Below, one piece after another: positions 13,011 through 24,915 of a stretch of 41,514 nucleotides of DNA. The notes beneath the pieces are model-generated. The model did no database searches. It was not told the DNA's origin and saw nothing but the letters and a program-made list of their open reading frames with translations. The DNA is from Octopus bimaculoides (lineage: Eukaryota), in contig NC_068990.1 in the NCBI RefSeq assembly GCF_001194135.2, positions 82,989,238 to 83,030,751 on the forward strand, in the 5' to 3' direction. Made by a program: the position numbers and the translations under genes. Position 1 is the first letter of the stretch. Every line of letters starts with the position of its first letter.

Positions 13011-13597
13011 CTTCAACGATTAGATGGGATATATTTTTTCTTTCTTTCTGTGTAAATGTTTCTGTATACAGTTGCCACACAACGAATTATGACATCTAAA
13101 TACATATCCTGCTTCAATTCACTCACTTTAATTGGCAAGAGAATTTGTTTATGACAATAAAATTTCATAAATGAAAAACAAAAATACAAAAACTAATGCA
13201 ATGGAAAACTAAATATTATGTAAAGATCACATTGAACAGCAAAGATTCAGCCAAGATTTTATTGCCAATTCCATTTCTGACAACCATTATGAACGAAAAT
13301 GATTTTATTTCGAAAGGTAGGAGGGAATGTAATGTTTTCTGATTTACGGAACTGTCAGAACACCTAACCACCAGCTGCTGCTTGAAGGCTTGGTCATGTG
13401 CACGTTTTCAGTGCAAATAAGTAGTTTAGAGACCTATCCGCTCCTAAAGAATTTAGGTATCACCTTACGAAAGAGGGGACAGCTTGCACAGTCTCACTAT
13501 TACTGTCCTATGTCTGTCTCCATCACTAAAGGAAACATGCACACACACACACATATACATATATATACATATATGTATATATATATATATATGTATA

Positions 13598-13632
<35 letters not shown>

Positions 13633-13988
13633 NNNNNNNNNNNNNNNNNNNNNNNNNNNNNNNNNNNNNNNNNNNNNNNNNNNNNNNNNNNNNNNNNNNN
13701 NNNNNNNNNNNNNNNNNNNNNNNNNNNNNNNNNNNNNNNNNNNNNNNNNNNNNNNNNNNNNNNNNNNNNNNNNNNNNNNNNNNNNNNNNNNNNNNNNNNN
13801 NNNNNNNNNNNNNNNNNNNNNNNNNNNNNNNNNNNNNNNNNNNNNNNNNNNNNNNNNNNNNNNNNNNNNNNNNNNNNNNNNNNNNNNNNNNNNNNNNNNN
13901 NNNNNNNNNNNNNNNNNNNNNNNNNNNNNNNNNNNNNNNNNNNNNNNNNNNNNNNNNNNNNNNNCATGATTTCTATGTTCTGTGACTT

Positions 13989-14058
<70 letters not shown>
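13989..14058. repeat. (GATA)n microsatellite
   Basis: Seen directly. Confidence 0.95.
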
Positions 14059-14059
<1 letters not shown>

Positions 14060-14085
14060 GTGTGTGTGTGTATGTATGTATGACG

Positions 14086-14217
14086 ACGACGGACTTCTTT
14101 CAGTTCCCATCTACCAAATCTTCAAGGCTTTGGTCGGCTCGAGGCTATAGTAGAAGGCATCGTCCAACGTGCCATGCGGTGGGAGTGAACACGGAACCAT
14201 GTGGTTGCCAAGCAGTT
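14086..14217 (-). mobile_element. SINE family A head/body
   Basis: ACGACGGACTTCTTTCAGTT..CAAGGCTTTGGTCGGCTCGAGGCTATAGTAGAAG..GGAACCATGTGGTT matches about 30497-30630. Confidence 0.85.
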
Positions 14218-14255
14218 ACGATGTATGAATGTAAAAGATGTATATGTGTGAGTAC

Positions 14256-14400
14256 AGGTGCAGTAGCCATGACAGTGTGGTTAAGATGGTTGTTCAACAA
14301 CTGTGTGGTTTGGGGTCTGATCCTACTGCGTGGTACCTTGAGCAAGTGTTTTCTTCTCTAGGACAAGGCTGCGTGCGAAATTTAGTAGAAGCCACGCAGG
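14256..14400 (+). mobile_element. Diverged SINE family A head
   Basis: AGGTGCAGTAGCCATGACAGTGTGGTTAAG..CTACTGCGTGGTACCTTGAGCAAGTGTTTTCTTC. Confidence 0.7.
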
Positions 14401-14915
14401 AGCTCAATTTTGTATACGTGCATGCATGCACGCGCTTTTGTCTTTATACCCGGAGAGCTGTGACTCTATGCTGTGACACTATGCCCGATATAATCAGAAT
14501 CTGGCAGCTTAGATTTTAGACATGCATAGATGTTGAATGAAATACCTCACTTGAAACTTGTGGCTGACATCATGTCATCCTGTCACAGAATACTGCATCA
14601 ATGAAATCTTGCTCAACTAATACAAGCGTATGAAAAAGTAGGCATAAGATATGATAAAAGAAAATAATTTTTGCACTGTGTGTTTGGATAAGCGGGTATA
14701 TGTATTCACGTACATATACAGACAAATGTTCACTTGCTTCACTAATTGAACTGCAACCATGCTGTAGCACTGTCTTAGAGTTTCTCAGTCATTGATCTCA
14801 ACCTCAGTAACTGTTTCAGTCCAGTTCATGTTTTCTTGATGCTATTTGTCAAACTGCAAAGTTATGGAACATAACTTAAATATAAGCCTTTAGATGGGTA
14901 CAAGATATAAAGCAC

Positions 14916-14950
<35 letters not shown>

Positions 14951-15139
14951 GACACTTGCATACACACTTGCACACACACACACACACATCCATAAGTTCT
15001 TAAACGCTTTGTAGAACAAAATCTAGTTTAAAGACATTGCTTAACCTTGAGCCTGCAGTGGTATTGAACCTAGAATCAAATGTTTGCAAAGTTGAGTTTT
15101 TAACCCATGAAGTCATAGTTGTTTGTGCCTATATACATA

Positions 15140-15149
15140 TTTGTGTGGG

Positions 15150-15198
<49 letters not shown>

Positions 15199-15230
15199 TT
15201 GTGTGTGTGTGTTTGTGTGTGTGTGTCTGT

Positions 15231-15264
<34 letters not shown>

Positions 15265-15278
15265 TTGTGTGTGTGTGT
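15140..15278. repeat. (TG)n microsatellite with TTTG interruptions
   Basis: Seen directly. Confidence 0.95.
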
Positions 15279-15499
15279 ATCGCTTTGCAGAGAAAAAATA
15301 CCTGTGATGATCTTTTATGATTTCCTTCATCCTTTTTTGTTTCTGTACCATTTCGTTCTTTTTTATTTATTTATTTTTTTTTTGCCCACGAGATTTTTCT
15401 CTCAGGCTCCTTCTGGTTCGCAGTTCTCACCTTCGGATGCAGGTTTTATTTTTCTGGACCAGTGAAATGTAATCACATCGAAGGTTTTGCCACATTGAT

Positions 15500-16030
15500 T
15501 GTTTAATAAGATATGCAAAGACTTTTTCTCTCTAAGTTCTTTCATCTCGATCTCCTTTCGTAGCAAGCGAAGATCGGTGCTTGTGTTCAATGGCTCTGTC
15601 ACCGAGACGTCTGCAGTATTCGCAGTTTGTTGACCAGGATATAGTCAATTTCATTCTTGAACTGGTCGTTTGAGGCTATCGAGGCCCATCTCCTTCTAGA
15701 TTGCTTCCTGAGTAGGCTGTTCCCAATAAAAAGTCTTCGTCTCTCTTCCATGGTAACACGAATCATTCTGTTTTGTTTCTCTCTCCCTATCCAATCTTGC
15801 CAAATTATTTCTCCCCTACCCAAGTTCTTTTCCAATCTTTGCATTGAAATCTCCAATTACTACGATGTAAGTGCATTTGTGAGCTAGGGTTAGGTTTAGG
15901 GTTAGCATTTTCTCTAGCTCTTTAGAAAACATTTCTATTCGCTAGGATTTGTGGGGACATAGGTCTAGATTATCTTCTTCGTGGTATTTACTAAGATATA
16001 GATGTTTAGCACTCATAGGAAAAGAAGACA
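15500..16030 (-). mobile_element. RTE-clade LINE, APE endonuclease fragment
   Basis: Minus-strand translation across frameshifts: KII*TYVPT (YAPT motif), ELEKML, YIVVIGDFNAKIG, LFIGNSLLRKQSRRRW, KNEIDYILVNK, DVSVTEPLNTSTDLRLLR (SDHR-like). Confidence 0.9.
15885..15908 (+). repeat. Short interstitial telomere-like repeat (TTAGGG variants)
   Basis: TAGGGTTAGGTTTAGGGTTAGCAT. Confidence 0.8.
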
Positions 16031-16048
16031 ATCGGCAGGAGACAAATT

Positions 16049-16100
16049 TAAGCCTTGTGACTGAATTTAGATATACAGAAACTGTATAGAAGTCTGTCAC
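16049..16100 (+). mobile_element. SINE family A body fragment
   Basis: AAGCCTTGTGACTGAATTTAGATATACAGAAACTGTATAGAAGTCTGTC resembles AAGCCTTGTGAGTGGATTTGGTAGATGGAAGCTGAAAGAAGCTCGTC at about 30977-31023. Confidence 0.6.
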
Positions 16101-16133
16101 AGTTTATAGGTCCAGACTTGTCGCATTTGTATC

Positions 16134-16151
16134 ATGCTAACCCTAACCCTA
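16134..16151 (-). repeat. Short interstitial telomere-like repeat (CCCTAA)
   Basis: ATGCTAACCCTAACCCTA. Confidence 0.8.
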
Positions 16152-17569
16152 CAGTTACGTTCATGGTTCATGTGTCATCCACTTCACACACTCTTTCAAT
16201 AAGTAGATCGTTCAAATGATCGAATAACATATGTTGAAATCAATGTGAGAATCGATCCTGTCATAATACAAGAATGGGAATGTTATCCATGGGATGCGTC
16301 TTTGATTATAGACCCACTCAATGACGAAAGACTTACTGTTTAATCTTATAGCTAAAAAACCAACTGAACGACTCAGAACGAATTATAAAAAAATGTCTGC
16401 CGATATTCTAATATCAAGAAAGCCTGTCTGATTTGTGACATAGCCATAGGTTATGACTAGAATTTACTAGGATTATATTACTTATGAATCTTTAATTTAT
16501 TCAGTATCCAATTCATTTTCCTTGAGAGTTAAACATATTACAACTAATAGATCTTTGCTTCGTTAATTGATGCGCCATAGTTTCGTATCTTGTTACTGCC
16601 GATGCACAGGCTTATCAGTATACTATTTATTTATGTTCTTTTAGATATTGAGTACAAATATCGGTGATGTAATATTGCCTTTCATTTTCCCGAAGTAGCT
16701 AAAATAATTGACAATCATGTCACGCTGCCAGTTTTATGTGTGACTTTAGCCAGTTAGAAATCAATAGTTCAATAAAATATCAATTAACATAATACAACGC
16801 TTACTAATCGATCTTCGTTGTCCATAATGAGTCTCAGAAGGAACGATGATTATCTACCGTTGCCTTTTTCAACTTCCACAAACTGGTGCTGTGCATGGAG
16901 TTGCTACTGAGCTTGAACTTTTTGACGTCAATGTTTGTTGGAAGGCCTATTTCAGCTGGAATGAAGTAAGTACCAGTCTCGTTAATTCTGAGAATACCAT
17001 TCAGTAAATTGCTTAATATGATATATAACTGTGGCAGTTCTGACGAGACGAAACAGGCGTATAAATCGATTCAGTTTGGGCAAGGGTGTAGTTCATTTAC
17101 TAACTTCACAGTTTTTTTATAGTTGTACAACTCGCGAAAGAAACAAGAAAATATTTTTGCATGCCTTTTATAATACATTAAGAAAGTTGGTACAGTAGTT
17201 AAATATACGTTGATATCAGAAAAGATTTTAAAAGCTTTTCAGCACACTGTATAAACTGATATAAAGTAAAAAAAAATGTTAAGAGCGCCACATCTTTTCC
17301 TTCCAGAATGCATTTTGCTGTTAGTAATGATAATTACGATTGCTATTTAAGGAAAAGAATTCGACTAACACAGAGGTTTATAAATTAAAAATCTTCCCAG
17401 GAAAACAAGGAATTAATTCTATACGAGAAAAGAAAGAAATAGAAATAATCATCACCAAAATAAACTGCATGCATTTTTATTTTTTAGTTTTGTTTTTTTT
17501 TACCAAATATTGCTATCAAATGTTTGAGTTGCAAAAGACGCTGAAAATATTTTTTTATTGGTGAGAATT

Positions 17570-17790
17570 AACATTCGAAAAGTTTACTCTCCAAATTGTA
17601 GCAATGAAAGCTAATGGTAAAAGACACCTTAAAAGCTTTCCTGGATGCGAATGAGGCAGACAGGGATGTCATAATATTAGTGAGAATTTCGAGAGTTATT
17701 AGCTGGAAATAACTGGAGTAAGAAAGAAAATTCTCACACGTAAGGATGGAGCAGGCGATTGAACAGAGGAGAGAGAGCAGCAATAAAATT
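17570..17790 (+). mobile_element. Decayed LINE APE endonuclease fragment (L1/Tx1-like)
   Basis: NIRKVYSPNCSNE (VYAPN-like), then TLKAFLDANEADRDVIIL and a decayed GDFN position. Confidence 0.45.
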
Positions 17791-18074
17791 GTTCCGTGCG
17801 TAAATCTAAATAAATGTTCAGTGACACCATAATGCTTTATATGTACATATGTGTGTATAGGTACATACACATACTCACACAGACACACACATATGCATAT
17901 CTGTATGTTATGTTTTTTACGTATATACATATATATANNNNNNNNNNNNNNNNNNNNNNNNNNNNNNNNNNNNNNNNNNNNNNNNNNNNNNNNNNNNNNN
18001 NNNNNNNNNNNNNNNNNNNNNNNNNNNNNNNNNNNNNNNNNNNNNNNNNNNNNNNNNNNNNNNNATATATATAT

Positions 18075-18117
<43 letters not shown>

Positions 18118-18119
18118 TA

Positions 18120-18164
<45 letters not shown>

Positions 18165-18166
<2 letters not shown>

Positions 18167-18800
18167 TCTGGAGAGATTTCACCAAAATTGGTTCAGGTGT
18201 AGCTTGGGAGCCAAGTGGGAATGTTTCGTACGAGATACAGAGGTTTTCCACATAGCCCACTTTAGCTCAACTGAACATGTCATCTTCGCTCAAACGAGAT
18301 GGGCTGGACATGTTATTAGAATGAAAGAGTAGCGATTGCCAAAGTGTCTTATGTATGGTGAACTGGTCTCTGGTAAGCGACCACAACATAAGCCAAGGAA
18401 AAGTTATAATAACTGGGTGAAAGAAAACCTGAAAAAACTAGATATGAACAAAAGTGATTAGCAAACTGATGCTTTGGATTAGAACAAGGGGAGAGGTGAT
18501 GTTAGCCCGGTCGCAACGGTTGGGAGGAAAGATGATTCTGCGTTTTGAGTTTAAAAGGGCCTGTCAGAAAGGATCAATTGGAATTGAAATCAGCGGTGAA
18601 TAATAGATATGTATTGTATGCGATCATGTTCCGTTGTCAAAAGCAGCATACGTTAATCATATGAAGTCACATGAAAATCGAAATGTCCAGACAAGTAATG
18701 ATCTTTAACTTCAAATGTCTCTTACGACTTGTAACATAAATCATAAGTGTGGTATTACAATATCTGGACTTAAAAGACATATGCTAGTTCACAAAAACAT
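18165..18800 (+). mobile_element. RTE-clade LINE, 3' end of ORF (RT thumb plus C2H2 fingers)
   Basis: ILERFHQNWFRCSLGAKWECFVRDTEVF..QTRWAGHVIRMKE*RLPKCLMYGELVSGKR matches the RTE/BovB-type C-terminus (LERFHQ..RWAGHV.RM...RLPK..LYGEL). C2H2 motifs at 18610-18672 and 18730-18792. Confidence 0.92.
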
Positions 18801-19111
18801 TCCTTCAGAATCAGATTCCGAAGGGCAAAGATGTAAAAGGAATTTGAGTAATATCTATCACTTTTCTCTTTAAACTTATTAGTAAGCAGCCGTTCTTACA
18901 AGTCATCTGAGGCCTTATCAACGGTGGGATTATGTTGCGTGATTGGCTATGGTGTGCGTGTTGATCGTACAGCTATCATGTGTCAAGATGAAGCGATCAT
19001 CATATGTGCGTGTGTGTGTGTATGTATGTGTTTCTGTTTGGTATTATTCTTCAGGACTCATAAAGTTGGTTACCCAGGTTCCATGGCGAAAGAGTGACAG
19101 AGATCATACTC

Positions 19112-19307
19112 CTATCCAGAAAGGCACGCCAAATTTTGTGAGAAGTTATCAAGTCGACTACATCAACCCAACGTGACTTATAGCGCAGCTTATCAACCCC
19201 CGGAGGAGTAATAAATTGGTAGAAGTTTAATTTAGAACGTATAGAGCCGGGGAAAATGCCGCTAAGCATTTTACCCGAAGCACGAACGATTCTGCCAGCT
19301 CACCTCA
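19112..19307 (-). mobile_element. SINE family B
   Basis: Reverse complement GAGGTGAGCTGGCAGAATCGTTCGTGCTTCGGGTAAAATGCTTAGCGGCATTT matches the head at 35098. Confidence 0.85.
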
Positions 19308-20004
19308 TATATATGTACGTGTGTATGTATGAGTGTGAGATATGTGTGTGTATGTGTGTGTGTGAGTGCATTAATGAGAAATACTCGGACGCCTCTGTTA
19401 TCGTAATACGACAACACTACAAAATCATTCATGTGTTTAGTAAATTAGAAGCGGTGCACCATAAAGCTGATCATACTTTAGCAAAATGATCTCTGTTGTA
19501 AGTATTCGAAACATGGTTCTCTTAGATATATCTTGAATGAGTGGCATTCGCATCCATCCCACTGGTCAGTAAAAGTTGGTAATAATAGCTAGCACAGCTA
19601 TTACTGAGTTGATGATGGAAAACTGAAAATAGCTCTTTTAACATTGAACACATGAAATATAAATTTGAAATATTCTACTAAATTAGTATTGTATAAATAT
19701 ATGTACTACAAGTCTGCTATAATTACTAATATTTAATGCAATTTCGACTCTGAACTTCTTAACAACACGCGTAATCTAGACTGAAGTGATCCGATATATG
19801 TCGCAAAATATCAAACTTTATACTTTTTTATGATATTTACATACTTCAATATTTTCCCGTTATAAGCGGTTTTATAGTTATTTGTCGAAGATGCAACGGG
19901 AATAGAAAATTCAAATTATGTCCAGTTTCCTATTTATCATTAATTAGATTTGACATGACATGATGTGAAGGAAATTTATGTATAAAAATATATTTAAACA
20001 CATA

Positions 20005-20095
<91 letters not shown>
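20005..20095. repeat. (CA)n-(TA)n compound microsatellite
   Basis: Seen directly. Confidence 0.95.
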
Positions 20096-20098
<3 letters not shown>

Positions 20099-20739
20099 TA
20101 AATTCATATTCATAAAAATATATATACATACATTATGTGTGTGTGCGTTGATGTATGTGTTTGTGTGTGTTAATGTTATATATTGCAAAAATTACAGTTT
20201 TTTACAAGTCGTTTACATCTGACCGATATACTACGGTTGATTTATTGGTATGCACACAATTTCACACTCGCCAATGCGCAATGAAAGTCACTTAGTACAT
20301 GCACCGCAGCGACTCACATTTATATATAGACACACATAGATTCATATATATATATATGTGCGTATGTGTGTGTGTGTAAACATGTATGCGTGAGTGTGTT
20401 TGTGCTTCTATGGCTATAAAATGTATTCAATTAAAGTATATTCTATTTAAGTGTATTTATCAGTCGTAAATATTAGTTTAATGACTGCTTAGCATTCATA
20501 TTTCAATTTCATTTAGTGTAGTGAGTTTCTGGTCGTAACCATTTTCCCGTGTTGGTTGTAAACACTTATTTTTATGCAGTTGCTGATTTGCCATGATATG
20601 TGTTGTCTCATTTTGTGGGGAAAGAATGTGTTCTGTCACAAATATATATTCGTAGGGTTTCTTTTCGATCCGTCTGCTAATTCTCGAGCCACAATTAAAT
20701 ATTATTTTTGTCGCCGCTGTTACCGTCGGATTTCGATAT

Positions 20740-21090
20740 TGAAACTATAATGATTTCTAATGCAGCAGCTAATGATCGAATATCTCTTTATTTAGGCAAT
20801 CGTTTTGTTTTGCTTTTTTTCTGTTCATATAACTGCTTTCATTGAACACCCGGTATTCGCCTCCCTAAGGAGGGTGACGTACTGCGTCATCGCACCTTGT
20901 TTCCTGAGAGCTTACAATATTGCGTTGATTTCGACGCTGTTGGAGGCTTCCTCATAATCAATGAACGCAAAGCACAGTTGTGGAAACGCTCGTTTCAGAA
21001 ACTGCGTTAGAGTAAATATGTTATCTTTAATGCTGTACTTCTTTCTGAACCTTGCCTGTTCTCCTAGTTGTCGCTCATCCAGATGATGAT
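20740..21090 (-). mobile_element. RTE-clade LINE, reverse transcriptase fragment
   Basis: HLDERQLGEQARFRK, IFTLTQFLKRAFPQLCFAFIDYEEASNSVEINAIL*ALRKQG and AAALEI correspond to EQAGFRK, HIFTL, AFIDYEKAFDSVE and ALE.I. Confidence 0.9.
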
Positions 21091-21608
21091 TATCATCATT
21101 TCGAACTGCAGTACACTGAACACAAAGATTCTAAACAACTTTAGACAGCCCTCTTTTAGATTATACCAATGTGTTTGGTTTTCTGAACAGTTGGCGTAGA
21201 AAGCAGACCATATAAGCTGATACATTTAAAATGTAACATCTCTTGAAGATTCTTCAATTCAAGTTATACACACTGAGGTAAGGTCACGCATAAATAGATC
21301 ATTATAGAACAAACACCAGTTGCACTGATTCAACATTATGTATACACTAACTCAAATCTCAATAATGTAGTTCATATGGCTGGCTTCAATCTGCCCTCCA
21401 GGAACCTCTGAAGCGAGTAGCACAAAGCCGATTACTGAATACGCGTTAAAAAGTATGAAGACATCTTTAAACCACTCTTTACTTTCATACTGAGATTGTT
21501 GGAGGAAAAACATATTCTGTAAGAAGTGAAGAAAACATCATATACCATTCTAATATTTATATATCCTCTCAATGATTAAAGCTGTGCACGAAGAAGTAAG
21601 ATGTACAG

Positions 21609-21665
21609 ACGGGGCCGGCTTTAGGAGGCGCGGGGCCCAGTTGGGAACAAATTCGGTGGGCGCCA
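21609..21665 (+). mobile_element. Possible terminus of a non-autonomous hAT-like DNA transposon
   Basis: GC-rich GGGGCCGGCTTTAGGAGGCGCGGGGCCCAG resembles CAGGGCCGGC-type hAT ends. No partner terminal inverted repeat found. Confidence 0.4.
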
Positions 21666-21717
21666 GATTCCCAGTCAACTTGCACCAAGGTCTATAGAAT
21701 TATAAAAATATTAAAAT

Positions 21718-22310
21718 GTCTATTATGCCAAACCATGCCAAATCAGACGGTTTGACTCACATTGTTAGTGCTTGTGAAAGTCCTTCGCAGAAACAGTCCA
21801 AGCGCGAACACGACAAGGCGGCCCAGAACCTTCACTGGCTACTATGCTGGAATTATGGATACGAGGTAACAGTTGCTTGGTACCAACATACATCAGAAAT
21901 GTTAATGGACGAAAAGGGCAAGGCAAACATTCTCTGGGGCTTTGACTTCCAGACAGACACCGAAGGTTGCATATAGTAACATTTGGGCGGGACAAATGTT
22001 ACTACATGAATGCCTAATAATCGACGTGACAGGGCCAGGAGATTAACAAATAATCATGAATTAAGAGAAAAGATTGATCAATATCAAGACATGAGAATTG
22101 AGATCGCTAAGATGTGGCAGCTACGAGTGTCAAACATAAAGGTTATCCCTATTGTCATCGAAGCATTAGGTTTAATACCACACAACCTGAAACTTTAGAA
22201 ATACCTTAGGCGAATTACAAAGATCAGCATTACTTGGAACTGCACGCGTATTGCGTAGAGTACTCTGTCAGAGATCCATGTTGTAACTTGACAGAGAGTA
22301 CAAACCCCAG
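21718..22310 (+). mobile_element. RLE-type non-LTR retrotransposon (R2 superfamily, R4/Dong-like), 3' fragment
   Basis: HIVSAC (CCHC knuckle end), REHDKAAQNLHW, WYQH, NILWGFDFQTD, REKIDQYQDMRIEIAKMW, VIPIVIEALGLIP. These match the R4/Dong-type C-terminus. Confidence 0.9.
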
Positions 22311-23043
22311 TACATGCAATATCTTCCATAAACAACATCACGATATTGGATATTGTGCGATGTCTTAAATAATGATAATTATGATATTATTTTTGTGCAA
22401 ATATAAGGCTATTTTCAAAATTGTTTATGCTAAATTCATATTAAAAGCTTATGCTTTGAAGAAATATAACTCATTTCCCATTCTCCGAGCGTGCAGGTAT
22501 TGCGTGAAACAGTGAGTAGGTGGTATATAATGTCTCTTTGAATGCATGTATGTATATATGTATGTATGATCATTGCCACGTACATGTAAGGTGTTTGTAA
22601 TTGTACTTTATTCTTGCATGTGTGTATGCATGTATGTATGCATGTATAGCTAGAGAGAGACAGAGAGCGGTAAGGGGAAATAGATAAGTATAATTATTAA
22701 AACCGGTCTAGTGGCTTGTTACTCTAGAATCTTCACGTTGCTCAGCTGCTTTTTCAGACGACTCGCGAAACCCATGTTTCTTTGAGGTTGCTGATGCATT
22801 ACGACAAGTCCAGTGGAGAAGGCCACCGATCTGCCAGAATAAATTACTGTAATATGTTTATAGATTACTGCTCTGGGACTTTCTTTAATATCAGATATAT
22901 GCTGGAAAGCCCAGAGACAAACTTTGTCCATTTGTGAGACAAGGTTAGTCTTTTTAATCAGTCTTCTGTATATGATACACGCACACATACATGTATGTAT
23001 TCACATATACATACACACACACACACGCATATATATATATATA

Positions 23044-23085
<42 letters not shown>

Positions 23086-23647
23086 CATACATAATATATA
23101 TGCAGTATGTGTTTATGTATACGATATCCTCTCAACAATACAATTAAGAAGCTGCATATTGAAGGAAGTAGATAATGTAAAATACATAATGAAGAGGTGT
23201 TGGAGAATGAATATGTGTTTTAATGACAACCAACTCCATTATCTGCGCTAATTGGTCACGTGGTGTCAATAAGCACGCAGAAAGATGTCTAATATATGGA
23301 GCTTCATGCGGTGAGATATATGTTGACGACATCTTACATAAACGAGATGCTGTAAGAAATCCAACTCATTATATTTAATTACCACTATTTTATGTTTTTA
23401 TATATATTCTTTTCTGACTTGAGTTTTTCACTGTTTTCTCTGTTTGTTATTGTTGTTTAACTGTCTTCATATGTGGTTACACTAAATATATTCTTTGAAT
23501 AAAGCAGAATATAACCAATTTAAAATGAGTTTGCTGGTATACGCTCCGTTTTCTTTTGCAAACTTTATCTTCATTTTAGTATGAAGATATTTCTTTTAGT
23601 TTTTGTTGTACTATCACATGTATCTTGCATTTCAGATTTTTTATGAT

Positions 23648-23722
23648 CTCGATCTCTCTCCCTCTCTCTCCCCTCCACACTCTCTCTGTCTCTCTCTCTA
23701 TCTCTCTATCTCTCTCTCTCTA

Positions 23723-23756
<34 letters not shown>

Positions 23757-23826
23757 TCTCTCTCTATCTCTCTATCTCTCTCACTCTCTATCTCTCTATT
23801 TCTCTCTCTCTATCTCTCTCTCACTC

Positions 23827-23910
<84 letters not shown>
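23648..23910. repeat. (CT)n/(CTAT)n polypyrimidine compound microsatellite
   Basis: About 260 bp pyrimidine-dominated strand, seen directly. Confidence 0.95.
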
Positions 23911-23912
<2 letters not shown>

Positions 23913-24357
23913 CAGCTTCATTTGGATTTACAATGCAATCTACATAAAACTGACTATTACTAAGTATCAGGACAAGACGTAAAACTGCATCTGGTAGTGG
24001 GTTTCTTGTTCGGGAGTTCCAATGTTTCAAGGAATCTGTAACCACATTTTATTCACTATTGTTTCCAAGTTTATTCTGACCCGGAATACTGACATCTGGC
24101 AGGTCCCAGCTGTGGGTTAATCAACATATAAATAGAGCTCAGCAATGAATTTAGAAATGAAGAACCCCAGAAAATATCACGGATTGTCCGTTCGTACTAA
24201 GCGACCATCCGAGCCAGAGTTACGTTGAAATCATGGGTTGAAGTTTAATACAATGATCACCCTTATTAACATTGGCGTAAAGCCAGTGTTAGTGAGGGGA
24301 GGGAAAGACGATCACAGTCGACCCCACCGGAGTCAGGATGCTTCTAGTCCGCCGCCT

Positions 24358-24392
<35 letters not shown>

Positions 24393-24405
24393 TTACTACT
24401 ACTAC
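24358..24405. repeat. (TAC)n microsatellite
   Basis: Seen directly. Confidence 0.95.
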
Positions 24406-24502
24406 CGATATTCTATCGGTCTCTTTTGCTGAACCGCAAGATATCGGGGATATAAACACACCAACATCGGTTGTCAAGTTGTCAAGCACGGACACAAATA
24501 CA

Positions 24503-24534
<32 letters not shown>

Positions 24535-24789
24535 NNNNNNNNNNNNNNNNNNNNNNNNNNNNNNNNNNNNNNNNNNNNNNNNNNNNNNNNNNNNNNNNNN
24601 NNNNTATATATATATATATATATGCACGACGGGCTTCTATCGGTTTCCGTCTACTAAATCCACTCACAAGGCTTTGGTCGGCTCGAGGCCATAGTAGAAG
24701 ACACTCGCCCAAAGTGCCACGCAGTGGAACAGAACCCGGAATCATGTGGTTGTGCAGGAAGCTTCCTACCACACGTGGCATTCCTACCT
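24403..24789 (-). mobile_element. SINE family A, near full length, with internal (CA)/(TA) microsatellite and gap
   Basis: Colinear with 30218-30661. B-box-like GGTTCTGTTCC on the minus strand. Confidence 0.9.
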
Positions 24790-24915
24790 GCACCAATAGA
24801 GAATATTTTCATTTCTTTTCATTTCACTTCAGTTCAGTGATCTATCTATTTGTATTTCTTTTAATATATCAATCTATCTGCATAACTTTTCATTTATCAG
24901 CCATGTATTCCTTAA

